64,000 nucleotides of DNA from Adineta vaga. Taxonomy: Eukaryota; Animalia; Rotifera. The stretch is from assembly GCA_021613535.1 (NCBI GenBank), contig CP075497.1, positions 1,240,001 to 1,304,000 on the forward strand. Direction: 5' to 3'. Position numbers and translations under genes: made by a program. Below, piece after piece: positions 25,533-38,807 of this stretch (position 1 is its first letter; every line of letters begins with the position of its first letter). The notes below the pieces were generated by a model. It was not told the origin of the DNA. It did no database searches and saw only the letters and a program-made list of their open reading frames with translations.

Positions 25533-26999
25533 TGTAAATATTTTATTCAAATAAAAGAATAGATGCTGCTTGTTCGTTTGTATATGGAAAATAACGTTAA
25601 GAACGCGTCTTATATAGGAGACAAGAAAGAGAGAGAGAACATGGGTAAGTGAGTGTGATTATTCTATCCGAATGTTCCTTTGACCCGCCTCGAAGAGAAA
25701 ACTAGAGAAGAGGAAAATAATAAAATGATCGAGCGAAGTAATGTCATTTTTCTTCGTATAAGAGGCCACTGAGGTCTATTTTATTCCAATACTAAAAATA
25801 GAGGGATGAATGAGAACATTCTTTTTGTTATTTTATTCGTGTTTCGAGACGAACGATATACTCATTTAAACATTGCTAATTAGAGCAGCTATTTTCAATT
25901 GAGCAAGTTATCTGAGAAAAGGTCTTCCTTTCTTTTTATTATGATTTTTCGTATTAACAAAGTGCGTTATGTACGAGGAATATTATGAAAAGAAAGATAG
26001 TTAATAATATTTTTGACGTAATCACAGATGACAAACAGAAATATATCTTTATTGAATCAAGGATATTTATGTTTCTCAAAAAAGTTAGAACTCTGTATGT
26101 GTGCAAATAACCTGTCAAAATGTATCCTTAATAATTGAAATTGTGTAGCTGGAATTGCACCACTGAATGAATTAAGTAGCAGAATTGATATTAATCAATC
26201 TTCTTCTTAAGCATTTTCAATAGCTTTACCCAAAAACTATATGTAGTTTTACTTGTACTCGAGTTCTTAGAACTGAAGAGTAATAAGAAAATATTAAAAT
26301 AAATGGACGTAATGACTTCTCAACGTGATCACAAATGAACGACGGAGAAGGAAAGAAAGGAAAAATTATTTTTATATTTGTTACATGAATGTCACCGCGT
26401 GTATTTTAAAGACGATAAAACTAACGGAAACTTACATCTACGTCTTTACTCTGAAAATCTTTCAGTAAAGATAATAGAAAAACTTATGAAAGAAGAGAGA
26501 TGCAAATCTAATTTTTGTTAATTACATAGTTGCGCTCTAATTGCTGTAGATAATCAAAAATTTTCTCTTGTTAATTATTTCATTGATAATATCGAAAGAT
26601 ATATCTTATTCCAAATGATCAACTAACTTTGATATAAATAAATAAAAATTAAGAGAGTGTGGGTGTGAAAGAAGTAGAGATATCTTCACTCATCCACACT
26701 AACACCCGTATTTAAACCTGAATTAGTTTTCAGAGTAGCACACAGTAAATACCATATTGATATCTGACGTCTTGACTATATGATGAATGAAATTCTCGCA
26801 GAATCTTTCCTTCTATCCTTACAGAGATCTACAAAGTTTTGATCAAATGTTTTCTGTAAGGCGATGTGAATTGATTCAAAATTTCGCTCATATGATAGCT
26901 TATACGTTCTGCTCTATCAGTGCATATGCAATCATATAGTGTCGTCTATCGAAAGAAAAAAAATCTGTTCATATTTTCTTTTCTCATTGGTCAAGTTCG

Positions 27000-28513
27000 A
27001 TGTTTATACAACAAATTCATTCGTTACATTTATCTAATGAAAATACATTACAACAAGCAGAAATATTTCTATCATTTTTTTCATTAAATGAATTTCCTTC
27101 TCTTGAATCATTAATTTTAAAAGGAATCAACTGTAGTGATTATGGCACATATAGTATGGAAGATATTATTCAATTATTTCCCAATCTCAAGTGCCTCATA
27201 TCAGACACGTGTAGCCTTTTCGATTTCGAAATACTATCTGATATCCCGGTTTGTCAAGAATTCAGCGATTATCATTCCCTTATTTGCATGATGGTTATCC
27301 TATGTTCAATCAAACATGGTTAACAACAAGTTTAACGCTTACTTTGACTACGATTCGTCAAATAATGAAAATATTTCAATGTGCAATAGAACTACGAGAT
27401 TTTCGCATCGAATATCTTCAAATAAGAAATTCATTATTCATTGAGAAACAACTAGAATATTTACAAAGATATTCTGCAACACATCTCAAACAATTATATA
27501 TAAATATGTATGCTGGTTGTTTTCCAGTGATCGAATATCTTCTTCAATGTACTCCCAATCTGAAAGGTTTCACTCTTATTGCAAATAAAGCAAGAAAAAT
27601 GATCGATGCTAATCGATGGAAGAAATTAATTAGCTCTTCATTGATTTATTTAGCTAATTTTCAATTTCGATTTTTAGTTACTGGAACAACATCTAATCAT
27701 ATCAAAGCAAATTATCTTGACAAACTTCAACGATTTCAAGATGATTTCTGGATAATAGAACATCAGTGGATAGTTCGATATGAATATTCGACATCAACAG
27801 TTCTTGTCCATACAATTCCCTATCCATGTCATGATTACAAATTATCTTTCACAATTCAAAACTATTCTTTACAATTAAATGATACGACATCCGTATTCAA
27901 TCGTGTTACTAAAATACCGATTTTGTATGAAGCATTGGAAGAAGCAAGGTCTCAAAATTTCTCGAATATTATATTTTTGAGATTGAAAGAGAATACAATG
28001 TTGTCTCCTAGATTAAATTTTGTTTTACATCATAAACAAATCGAATCTTTAATATCGATGGTTTGTTTATATAATGTTACTAATCTTTCGATTGATAGGA
28101 GTTATTCATTGGAATCACCGGCAGTAATGTTAAGATTATTAAATGAACCTTCGAATATTTCATGGTTGACGATCGATCTACGTATGTTTCGATGCATGTT
28201 TTTCTCTAATAATTACTCATTTGAAAAATTTTATGAAACCTTTTCCGAACTTGAAGAATTGGAATGCGATCTAGATAATATATCTGAGTTTATTCCATTA
28301 ATGCATTCTTTATCAAAGTTATTGAATATTGCAGTGCGCTTTGTAAAATATTATACTGAACGTGATTTTGATGGATCATGGCTCCGTGACTACTCGTGTA
28401 CAGTTACCAAAGATTTCCACTATATTAATGAAGATACTGAATCGCCTTATATGAATAGTTATACTGAAAGATTCGTCTGGAATTTTAAGCGACATGCTAT
28501 TTCCTCAGTATAA
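27000..28513 (+). pseudogene. RNI-like LRR protein (F-box/LRR-type family), frameshifted and 5'-incomplete
   Basis: Overlapping ORFs 27000-27323 and 27251-28513 in different frames; LRR-like motifs FPSLESLIL and TPNLKGFTL, and FQDDFW...HQW...HTIPY; no F-box seen. Confidence 0.55.
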
Positions 28514-29163
28514 ACGAAGATGGACGTATAAGTATTGAAAGCCGATTAGGTAATGACAACAATGGGTTTTTTTCATTTTATTCTTGAAAATTATTAATAA
28601 AGTTATGTAGTAAATGAGCTCTTGTCCAAATTTACATTTGTTGGAAAAATAAAGATGAACAAAAATCTAAACTTTCTCTCCAAATGGGTATGATTTCACA
28701 AGAGCATGCTTTGCACTATATGAGGAGATTTCAATCAACTATATATGCTTCATTCTCTTTTACTTGAAATTGATGATATAGTAACATGAATGAAGACACT
28801 GAAACACATGCGTCAACAACTTGATACAGCAAAGACAATTCGAATATCGAATATGATGAGGAAATGCTACTCATTCAAATGATCAAAATCAAACATAACT
28901 TCAAGGTATAAACGTTAACAATATGAAATGATATCATATTCGTAATAGATAAGTGTACATAAGAAAGAGAGTATTAGTATGAGAAATGAATGAATAATTC
29001 TAGTTTATTAGCGAAATTTATCGTCAAGAACTGTTGATCATTTATTGAAGTTCATTGAATCTACACTACCAAAACTTAATAATGAGAAACGATTCTATGA
29101 CTATTCACCCTCAACTACAAAAGTATTTACTTAAAAAATAGCAATGTTCGCATGTACATAACT

Positions 29164-29810
29164 CTACATATTGATAGCCATATCGAGAAGTTTCTTTATA
29201 CCATCATCAGCAAACAACAATGCTTGTCGACGTTTTTCCAATTCGATTTCCTCATCATGAATTTCCTCTATTTGTTTAACAATAGATTCTTCAACACCTA
29301 ATTTTCCGATAGCTTTTCGTTCTGCCTCATGCAATTCACCATCAGCAGATACAGCTTGCAAACTCTCGTAGATTTTCACTCGATTTACCAAAGATAAATA
29401 TTGTTTGTATTTATCTTGAAGTAATCATTCAAATTCATCCGGTAGTGGTTCATGTTTCTAATTCAGCCAATAGTTTCTCCGAAGCACCTATATACAAATG
29501 TAAAAATTGAATAAATCAGAAAAAAAATCTTATCAAAAACTGCTCGATTTCCTACAATCCAATTTCGTTCACATTCAGAGAAAACTCCATCAGCTCCTGC
29601 ATTGAAAATAAAACAAAGTTGTTTATTGAGTTCGAATAGGAAACATATCACAAAAATTCAAAAATCTTTGAAGCAGTTGTTGAAATTTGTTCTTTATTGT
29701 CTTTTTCATATCAAATTTGTTTAGCAAGAAGCTCACGAAGAATCAAATTATCTTTAAATTTTTATTATAATAAACAAAATAATAAACTGTACCTGTCAAA
29801 TATTCATTGA
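29164..29810 (-). pseudogene. TerB-like (bacterial/fungal-type) double-domain protein remnant
   Basis: Two ADG motifs, AGADGVFSECERNWIVG and AVSADGELHEAERKAI, followed by KLGVEESIVKQIEE; upstream frames are broken by stops. Confidence 0.5.
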
Positions 29811-30439
29811 GTGTTTCTGCTTGAGTATCTATTAGTGTCAATGAATATATAGTTGAGGATAATTTGAAGCAAGATGAATTTGTTTTATGGAGTATTCTTC
29901 AACGGTGAGTTTATGTACATGTGAATGAATTCTAGGTAAGATGTTTTTACAAATTCTTGAAAGAATATTAAAGGATCTATTAAAGAAGTTTTATAATAAA
30001 AAGATTTGATGTTTATATTTGTTCTCATATTAAGATCATGAATATATACAGAGAATCAAATACTAATCGGTTAAATCGAGTTGATTTACATTTACAAGTG
30101 AATAAAAAACATCGGCCATATTAAGTTTTTCAATTATGAGACATAAGATTTCATCGGATAAATCAAGTATATTAAGACAATTGTTATTTAAATTGTTCAT
30201 GTTTAATTCATATAATATTTTCATAGCATTCCTATATACATGTCGTTATTTTTATACTTTCACCTATAAAAATAATAACGAACAAATATTCGATACCGTC
30301 ATGTTATTTTATGATGAACGTAAAGAAACTGACTAGACTAATTGAAAATGAACTAGCCAATAGAATTAGCATTTCTAGGTGAAAAACATGAATTGTAATT
30401 TCTTAATAATCTATCCATCAACTTATTACTGTCGTCACT

Positions 30440-30750
30440 CATGGAGTTTATTTTGCTTGATCATCAAGAGAAGGTTCAAATAACAAAGCAAATCGTCATG
30501 GTGCTTTTATGTGTGCTGAAATAGGTCTACATAAAAGAATTTTGTATGTTGGTAAAAAAATGTTAGTGGGAAACACATGATACAGCATATTGTTTCCATA
30601 ATGATCCAAAATTAGACGAATTTTGTGTGAAAAGTTCAGATCAAAGGTTAAGATGGATTGTATAGTAATTGAGAAAGAATTTGACGGAAAAGTTCAAAAA
30701 TATGGATTAAATACAGAATTCAATGACGCCAAATGTAAAGAATTATAATT
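30440..30750 (+). pseudogene. PARP-like (GIG2-type) ADP-ribosyltransferase remnant
   Basis: HGVYFA*SS...KANRHGAFMCAEIG and DEFCVKSSDQRLRWIV, with stops and frameshifts. Confidence 0.5.
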
Positions 30751-31056
30751 TGAGTACGATAAAAGCAAGATAAAAGTATATAAATTAGGCAGAGAGAAAA
30801 AAGCAAAGCATATAATCGTAAGAGTTCAATTAAAATAAAATCATGAAAAGTTACTTTTAGCGAAAGTGTTTGAATAAGGTTGCATTCATCTGTAGCATAT
30901 TGTGTAATGAATAGGAATAACTTAAAACGTTGCCATCAATGAAGAAAGGACAAAACTAAAGGTATTCTTCAACAAAATCCATTCAGAATGTTTATACAAT
31001 GATATTGTTCTTGTTTTTATATAATGAGTACTTTATTATTCTAGATAACTCGTTTT

Positions 31057-32061
31057 TTAATTTGTTCGAATATGTCCCATATTTTGTGCTTGATGATTTA
31101 ACGGCAATATCGTATTTTTATGATTTTTAATTTGAAAACGTTTTTTGAATTTCTTTTTAAGTTCAGCTGTTGCCATACAACAAATAAATGGAAAGACAAA
31201 TATCAATTGAATGGAAAAGTAAATAAAGTGAGTATTTAACTTAATGAATATATATGATGTCATACCACTTAGTAAAAGTACTCGAATTATCGATCGAGGA
31301 AAATTGAAGAAGGAATAAAGAAGTGAGATGGATAATAATTGAATTGTTAATTTACGTTGTTGTCGCCAATGAATCGATCGATTTAAGCGACGTTTTTGCC
31401 ACATGACTCGAATAAAAAGAGCGATACTAGAAGTAACAATAAGAAATGTTGGTATTAGTTGATTAATAATTGAATCATATGCTCCCCAAAATGGTAAAGA
31501 GAAAGTACATGTGCCAGGAACACCGTTCATTGGAGACAGTATAGCTATATTTTGACAAGGTGAAAAAAAGACAATGATAAACCAATAGGTGTAACAATAC
31601 GTCAAAATTAATATGAAAGGAAGGTAATGAATGAATAAACGTTGTCTTTTTGTCGTCATCCAATTCTGATTAAATATAAGAATATGTCGTTCAATGGTAG
31701 CCCAAGCAAAACCTATTAATACTGATATAAACGATGAATTGTCAATGAAAGTCCAAAAGTTGGCAAAGCTAGATGTGATTTTCCAAGAATATCCAACATG
31801 AAAGTAATGAAGCATGAACGGAACAGTGATCAATTGATAAATTAATCCAACACTGAGTAGAACAATGATAAAATGATTATGTAAAGCTTGACGAAGTGCA
31901 CGATCAGATAATAGATGGCATAATACAAAACCAGAACATAATATTGAAATTGTATCCAGAATGAGATAATTCCAAAATCGAACAGAGACAGGAATGACTA
32001 TATCATATAAGACCAATAATGCAGCAACTTGTTGTGCAGTGAAATTAGCATAGTTTTCCAT
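31057..32061 (-). CDS. Orphan class A GPCR, intronless, 334 aa
   Basis: 7 hydrophobic helices, AWATIERHILIF (ERH in place of DRY), RKLTIQLLSIS, FPFICC...ELKKK. Confidence 0.85.
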   Translation of the reverse strand: MENYANFTAQQVAALLVLYDIVIPVSVRFWNYLILDTISILCSGFVLCHLLSDRALRQALHNHFIIVLLSVGLIYQLITVPFMLHYFHVGYSWKITSSFANFWTFIDNSSFISVLIGFAWATIERHILIFNQNWMTTKRQRLFIHYLPFILILTYCYTYWFIIVFFSPCQNIAILSPMNGVPGTCTFSLPFWGAYDSIINQLIPTFLIVTSSIALFIRVMWQKRRLNRSIHWRQQRKLTIQLLSISLLYSFFNFPRSIIRVLLLSGMTSYIFIKLNTHFIYFSIQLIFVFPFICCMATAELKKKFKKRFQIKNHKNTILPLNHQAQNMGHIRTN

Positions 32062-33299
32062 CGTGGCAAAATATATTCTCAGTAATTGATATTTGAGAAA
32101 TGATCTGTAAGATGTATAAATGTGATTTGATTCACTGCGCAGAAAATGATGAAAGTGTTACAAGTACTTTTGGATTGAAAACGAAAAGCACATCGGATAT
32201 TAAGGATGCGACAATATAAGTGCTCCTATAAAAAGAATACTTTCGATTATGGATATGTTTTATAGGTCTTTTATATAAGCGCTGCATCTATATTATTTTT
32301 AGAGAGAGAAAAAATGACTATATTATATGAAGAAAAGTCAAAGTGTCTTCTCTGTTATTGTGTATGTCTAAATATATACCGTCATCTGATTTGAGATGCT
32401 CCTGATGTCCTACTTCTCTTAAATATACTCTTTTTTAACACAGTGATGAAACTGGCTAATGTGCCTTTTATATATAGAGATGAACAAAACAAAGAGATAA
32501 AAAAAACCAAAAAGATTTCTAAGCAATTGTCTTTTGATTATGATAATAAAACATCAAATTGAGGGTGTGGATAGTGGGTAGTGGAGAAGAAAAGGAAAAA
32601 GACAATTACTTACATCGTCTACCATGATATCCTCACTCAAAAAATCACTTGAATTCGCTGTGGTCACATCCATTTATACTCCACCATTCGTTTTTAGTTT
32701 TCTGGATTGAAACTTTTGCTTCGATAACAGATGCAAATGGATTAAACAGGAAATATTTTGAATAAAGTTTACTGTTGCTTATCAATTATTTAATCTTTTC
32801 ATTTCATATATTATTATACTCTGAGAGCCAACATCAGCAGATATGAATACTCCCAATTGTTGCGATATTTATTCATAAGAAAATTTATCGTCGCATGTAC
32901 TCAAAGGTGAAAAGAATCACACAAAGAGTCTATGATCGTTCAAGCACAGGATTTTATTCGATTTATTTTCATAGTACAAAACAAAAAAAAGTATTTTATA
33001 TTTTTATTAAAGAGTTGTGTCTTCCATAGTATAATACTTGGAATATTCGTTGTTAATTGTTCCGAGGGTGCATTAACATATAAACAAATCGTTGAATAAA
33101 AACTTGTTTTCGTTTTGTCATTAATTTCTCTCGTCGAATTGTTTGTCGTTCTTCAGCGACTGGATCAATTCCAAGATCATATTTCAATATGAGAAAATGA
33201 TTTCGAAATAAATTTAAAACTTATCATTTTTCTTGATGTTATTTCACAATGACGATCAAAATAATTATTCTTACCAAGACATTCACATGTATAATTGAG

Positions 33300-33768
33300 T
33301 AACAATAGTCGACAAACACAGTATTATTATGACATGAACTGTAAAAGGATGAAGTAAGGATTACAGATTGTATATAACTATTAACTTGCGTGCTGTGTTG
33401 CAGTAATCGGTTTAACGACAACTGATACAACCTTGGAAAATGGCATCACCACATGAAATAACGCTTAGCGATTGATTTTGACAATCTACAAAGAATGTTT
33501 GTATAGTAAACGGTGGATAACTTCTATTGCTGATTATAAATCCTGCCCTGTTAAACCAATGATGGACTAAAAATATTTATACTCGAAACAAGAACAGTTG
33601 AACATTTCTTTTGATAAGACTTGAAGGCATAAACATCATGTACTTGTCTTTATTACTAATTATAAAATTCGACGAAAATGAAACGCTAAACTTTGATCCT
33701 CCGCTACACATGTAGCATTGAATAATTATCGAGATCAAAATTGAATTAAGACGAGAAAAAAGATTCAT
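33300..33768 (-). pseudogene. Ly6/uPAR three-finger protein remnant
   Basis: Signal-like N-terminus followed by IQCYMC; last exon GCISCR*TDYCN (a degraded CCxTDxCN motif with an in-frame stop) and a hydrophobic tail. Confidence 0.45.
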
Positions 33769-34116
33769 CCAGTGAATCGAATGACTATAATACTCCGCAA
33801 GCTTTATTCAACCGCATTGTAAAATTGCCTCGTGCGAGAGAAATGAGAAAAAAAACATACACAAATAGTGCCCTAGATTGTATATCTACATGAATGCTTT
33901 TGCTTCTTCGTGAAAGATAAGAAAAGAAAGAATACTATTGAGATGATCTTTAGATTACATTGCATTTTGTTCTCTACACTTTATACGCATGAAAAAGATC
34001 AAATAATATGAAACTTTCAACTATATACTCGATGTATTGTATATAGACTTCAAATTATCGTTTTTCTTCTTTCCATTAAGAGATCTAATGTCTATTTTTA
34101 GTACATAATATAAATC

Positions 34117-35927
34117 ATGCAACAACAAACACAACGTTCACTCAAAGATAATGGATTCATTAATAATTCTTTCTCAGAATTTCAAGAAACTGAGCGTACT
34201 CCAATATCAGGTTATCAAAATCTACCTCTTCAATCATTAGAACAAGCTTTAGAAAAAGTCATTCCAATCGTTCCTGACCTTGGACATTATGTTGGTCAAG
34301 CTAAACAAAAATGTAATCGAAATGATCCTATTCTCACTTGTGATGAATCTGCTGCAGTTTATCTCTATACGATGCCAACGCCTTTTTACTCATATTTGAA
34401 TAAAGCGCTTAGAAATGAAAATCGACAAATGTTAAAGCCATGGTTCTCTTTTTTAAGATTAATTATTCATGCTCTCGAAAAGTTACCATCACTCGAAACG
34501 AACGTATGGCGAGGTATGCACATAATATTGGTTCGCGTATTCATAAGAATGATGATTTTATATGGTCGAGTGTGACTTCATGTTCAAAGAATCCTGAAAT
34601 TGTAAAAATATATTTGGGAATAGAAGGTACGCTGTTTGACATAAAGTCACGTAATGGTAAAGATATTTCTTCGTTCTCGGCATTTCCTGCAGAGTGTGAA
34701 GTTGTGCTTTTGCCAGAAACTCGTCTCTATGCTATGAGCGATGTACTCAGCTGCAGAGATTGCGCTTTCATTGTAGAATTAGAAGAAAAACAACAACAGT
34801 CACTAAAGCATCGTTTGACTGATGACAATGCCTTTGGTTTCATTTGAAGAAGCGGTTCAACCGCTTGTATTTCTTCTACCAGTTGTTCAAATTCATGCTC
34901 ATTCAGCTAAAAAGGAATGTATAAATCCTGCCGATAATTTGGCACCAGATGAATCAGCTGCGATCATGCTCTATACTTTGAGTTGGGAACCACTTGATAA
35001 GTGTCTTTATTATATTTTAAATACTACTCTACGATCATCTAACAGAGAACATCTTCGTCCATGGTTTCTCTATTTGAAATTACTGCTGACTGCATTATTT
35101 AAACTTCCATTGACAGGAAAACAAACCGTCTATCGTGGTATAAAACTAGATTTTAATAAACAATATTCTAAAGACGATACAATTGTTTGGTGGAGCTTTA
35201 CATCATGTACCGCATCGATTGGTGTTTTAAATTTTGAACTATTTCTTGGCAAAATAGGCAAAAGAATAATGTTTGCTATTGAAACTGATTCAGGAATCAA
35301 CATTCGTAATCATTCCTGTTTCAAGGAAGAGAATGAAGTTCTTCTTCTTCCAGCCAGACAATTCGAAATTCATGACTGTCTTGATCAAAATAATGGACTT
35401 TATGTTATCCAACTTCGAGAAATACAGTCATCTATTTCTCTCTTAGAACCAGTTACTATAGGTAAATGTTCAATAATTTACATATCTACTTGACTTATTT
35501 TATTGTAGAGCGTATCTATCCAGATGGTAGTCAATACATAGACAATTTGAAAGGTAGTAAAAGATATGGAATAGGCACTTATTTATATACTAATGGTGAA
35601 AAATATCAAGGTGAGTGGTTTAATGACCAAACAAACGGAAAAGGAACTAGTATATTTCCAAATGGAAATCGATATGAAGGAGATGAAAAAAATGGGAAAC
35701 GACATGAGTATGGTGTCTGCTATTGGGCTAATGGAGAAAAGTATGAAGGTACTTGGTCTAATGATAAAATGAATGGAAAGGGTAAATATTCATGGCCAGA
35801 AAAGAATATTCAATATGAAGGATCATTTAAGAATGATAAAAAGCATGGACAAGGTACATTAAAGTACGCCAATGGACGTATTAAACAAGGTATTTGGGAA
35901 AACGATTAGTTCAAAGGTGGAAATTAA
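34117..35927 (+). pseudogene. Tandem Arg-type (R-S-E) ADP-ribosyltransferase domains plus MORN repeats, disrupted
   Basis: Domain 1 has VWRG / SVTSCS / ECEV; domain 2 has VYRG / SFTSCT / ENEV; intron 35462-35507 leads to MORN repeats (YEGxWxNDKMNGKG). Frameshifts at about 34517 and 34820, and an early TAG at 35907. Confidence 0.75.
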
Positions 35928-37495
35928 GTACATCAAAGTATATCCCGGGTGCATATAGTCACTGTTCTAAAAGAATTAGGCAAGATCATCGACTAGTGTA
36001 CACTCTATAAAAGTCAAAACTCTCAAACCATCCTCGAACTATCTTGTCAATGTTTTGAAATTTTCCCTAACGTAGGATACTTCTTGAATGAATGAACATT
36101 TCATTAGGTACATCAAATTTTGTCAACGAACTGAAATTCAAATCGTTGAGATCTTTAGTTAAATTGTTTGTTATTTCCATGATTGATATGGATTTAATAC
36201 AAAGTTATGAGAAATGAGGTAAATAAGAAGTCAGATAAGAAAATGTAAGTAATGTTGATGAATATTGTTCAACGGTAAGTTTATGCACTTGATGATGAAT
36301 GTGAGATAGAATATTTTGATATATGCTTGAAATAACTTGAGTTTCTATTGAAGACAATTGGTCATGTAATGATTTAATAATCATATTAAGATCATGAACA
36401 TAGAGAGGATGCGATTGCTAAGCGAAAAAAGTTTCGGATTGTTGATAGCTCGAAATAAATTGCGGATTAGATTTTATTGTTGTTCTTCATCATCAATTAA
36501 ATAATAATATACAGAAGAAAAGCATCTTTTTCATTGCTTTTGATTAACTTATCTAAACAAAATAAACATAGAAATAATTTAATAGGAAAAAGATATCAAA
36601 ACTGAGGTTAAGATGATTCTTTCTTGTGTGTATACTCATTCGAGACGATCTCTTATTTCAATTGAAGAAGTTTTTAACAATGGATGATTAATATTATCAC
36701 AAAAAGCTCAGAGTACATTTTCATTTAATGTATTGTTTTTATCCAAACTGAAATAATGGCAATACAACTTAAATAGAGTTCTAGGAGCCACTTTATTGTA
36801 TTATGGTAACAGCTGAAGAAATATTTTAGTATAATTAAAAATTAACAATCAAATGCAAAGAGAATACGCTAAACTTGTTAATTCCTCATACTGAGTGAAT
36901 AACGACCAATCACATCATTCGCGTGTTATTTATTTCAATGGCCAACAAAGCGCTGTTATAACCCATGAGTATTCTCTTGGATCTGTTCGATATTGCTTAG
37001 GTATTGATCGTGTTGCATTCAATTGTATCTCTGCAATATTTGATCCCGTTAAATCACTTTCGTTAAGTTTAGAATAGACAAAATTAGCATTATGAAGATA
37101 TCGTCTAAAATAGTACCAGATAAGTCAACTGGATCGCGACTAACGAGAAGATCTTGTTCCTGCTGCTTATTTGGGATCTGCAAATGCCAAAAGTGCAATC
37201 ATAAGCGGTACGGAAACTGAAGAACAAACTCTCATCATGTTCTCAAGTCTGCTGCAACGTGGTTCATATGATCCTTTCATTTTCGATAAAGATGTTTGTA
37301 CAGTCTGTTGTTTAATGGAATTCCTCCTTAGAAAACCCAATTTTTTGAAAAAAAAACAAAGTTGATTTTTTTCTACATAGAAAGATGCATTGATAATGAA
37401 CATTAGTTGTTTTTGTTTTAAAAATCAAACAGGTTCTTTTCTTTCTTATTTGTCAAAAATAAACTCTTATTGACATATATTTACATAATCATTTA

Positions 37496-38807
37496 TTATG
37501 TACATTTCAATCTACGCTGTATAAATAATTGAATAAATGTTGTTCGTAATTCTTTCGAAGTTGAAACATAAACAAGAACATCTAATGCAGAATTCGTATA
37601 ACCTAACCATGAAAATATTTTAAATAAAAGTTCATGATTTTGTTCATCTTTTAAACGAATAAGAAATACACCACTAAGAAGAAAATAAACAAAATATGGT
37701 AACCAACAAAAAACGAATACACCCATAATAATTCCAATAAATTTCGCTGCTTTTTCATTTTTAGAAAATTTCTTCCAAAATGTTTCTGTTTCATTATGTT
37801 TTCTTTTAATTCGATGTAAAGATTTTTTTCGACTAATATTTAACAGTTCAACGTTAGGATTTTGATATTTACCATGATGAATACGAAGTGTTATTAATTC
37901 TGGTGATAATCGATGATTTTCCAATAAATTTGTTGATATTTCATGTGTAGGAATATTATCTTTATTTGTTGTTGATTGATTTTCAACTGATGTTTGTTTG
38001 AAACGAAATTTTGGAATGAATGATTTAGGTGATTTTATTCGATGATGATGATGTTTATAACCTGAATAAAGTGCTGATGCTTGTTTTCTAGCTGCTAAAT
38101 AAACTTGAATATAAACATATATCATTACAATTAATGGTAAATAAAATGAGACAATTGAAATAAATAATATATAATAGGGATTATTTGGAAAATCACATTC
38201 TTTAAATATTCCTCCAGTTATTGTTTCATTGAATATCATTGATTGTCCTGTGAGAAAAATAAAATATAACAATTCTATAATCTTTTTTATACATACGAGT
38301 AATGGTTTGTCTTGTACCAAAATAAAGTACGGGTGGAAATGAAATAATTGCTGAACATATCCATATCATTGGTAATACATAATACCATTTTTTTGATAAA
38401 AATGAATTTGAATATTTCATTGGTTTAGTAATAGCTATATAACGATCTAAACCTATAGTACATAATCCGAAAATAGATGCTGTAGATGCAAATACATCCA
38501 TCGAATGCCAATAATCACATAGAAATGTAAGATGCCGTCGAAATAACCAATATTCATCATCTGTCATTTCAAATATAAATGCAAGTGGCATAACAATTAA
38601 TCCAACTAAAAGATCAGCAAATGCTAATGAACCAATATAATAATATGTCGATGTATGTAATGTAGATTTACAAATAATAGCACAGATAATTAAGATATTA
38701 CCCAATACAGTTAATAAACATAATAATAATGAAAAGAAAGCAACTGGATATGCTTGCCATTGTATATCAGTAATTGTAACATTGGTCGTTAATGAAAATA
38801 ATTCCAT
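37496..38807 (-). CDS. Biogenic amine GPCR, invertebrate D1-like dopamine receptor (Dop1R2/INDR-like)
   Basis: CDYWHSMDVFASTASI (Asp3.32), LDRY, SFYLPL, ITLRIHHG, EKAAKFIGIIMGVFVFCWLP, WLGYTNS; short intron at about 38249-38296. Confidence 0.8.

Noticed and set aside
36880-37400. Short ORFs downstream of the dopamine-like receptor
   Set aside because: No start/splice structure or domain support.
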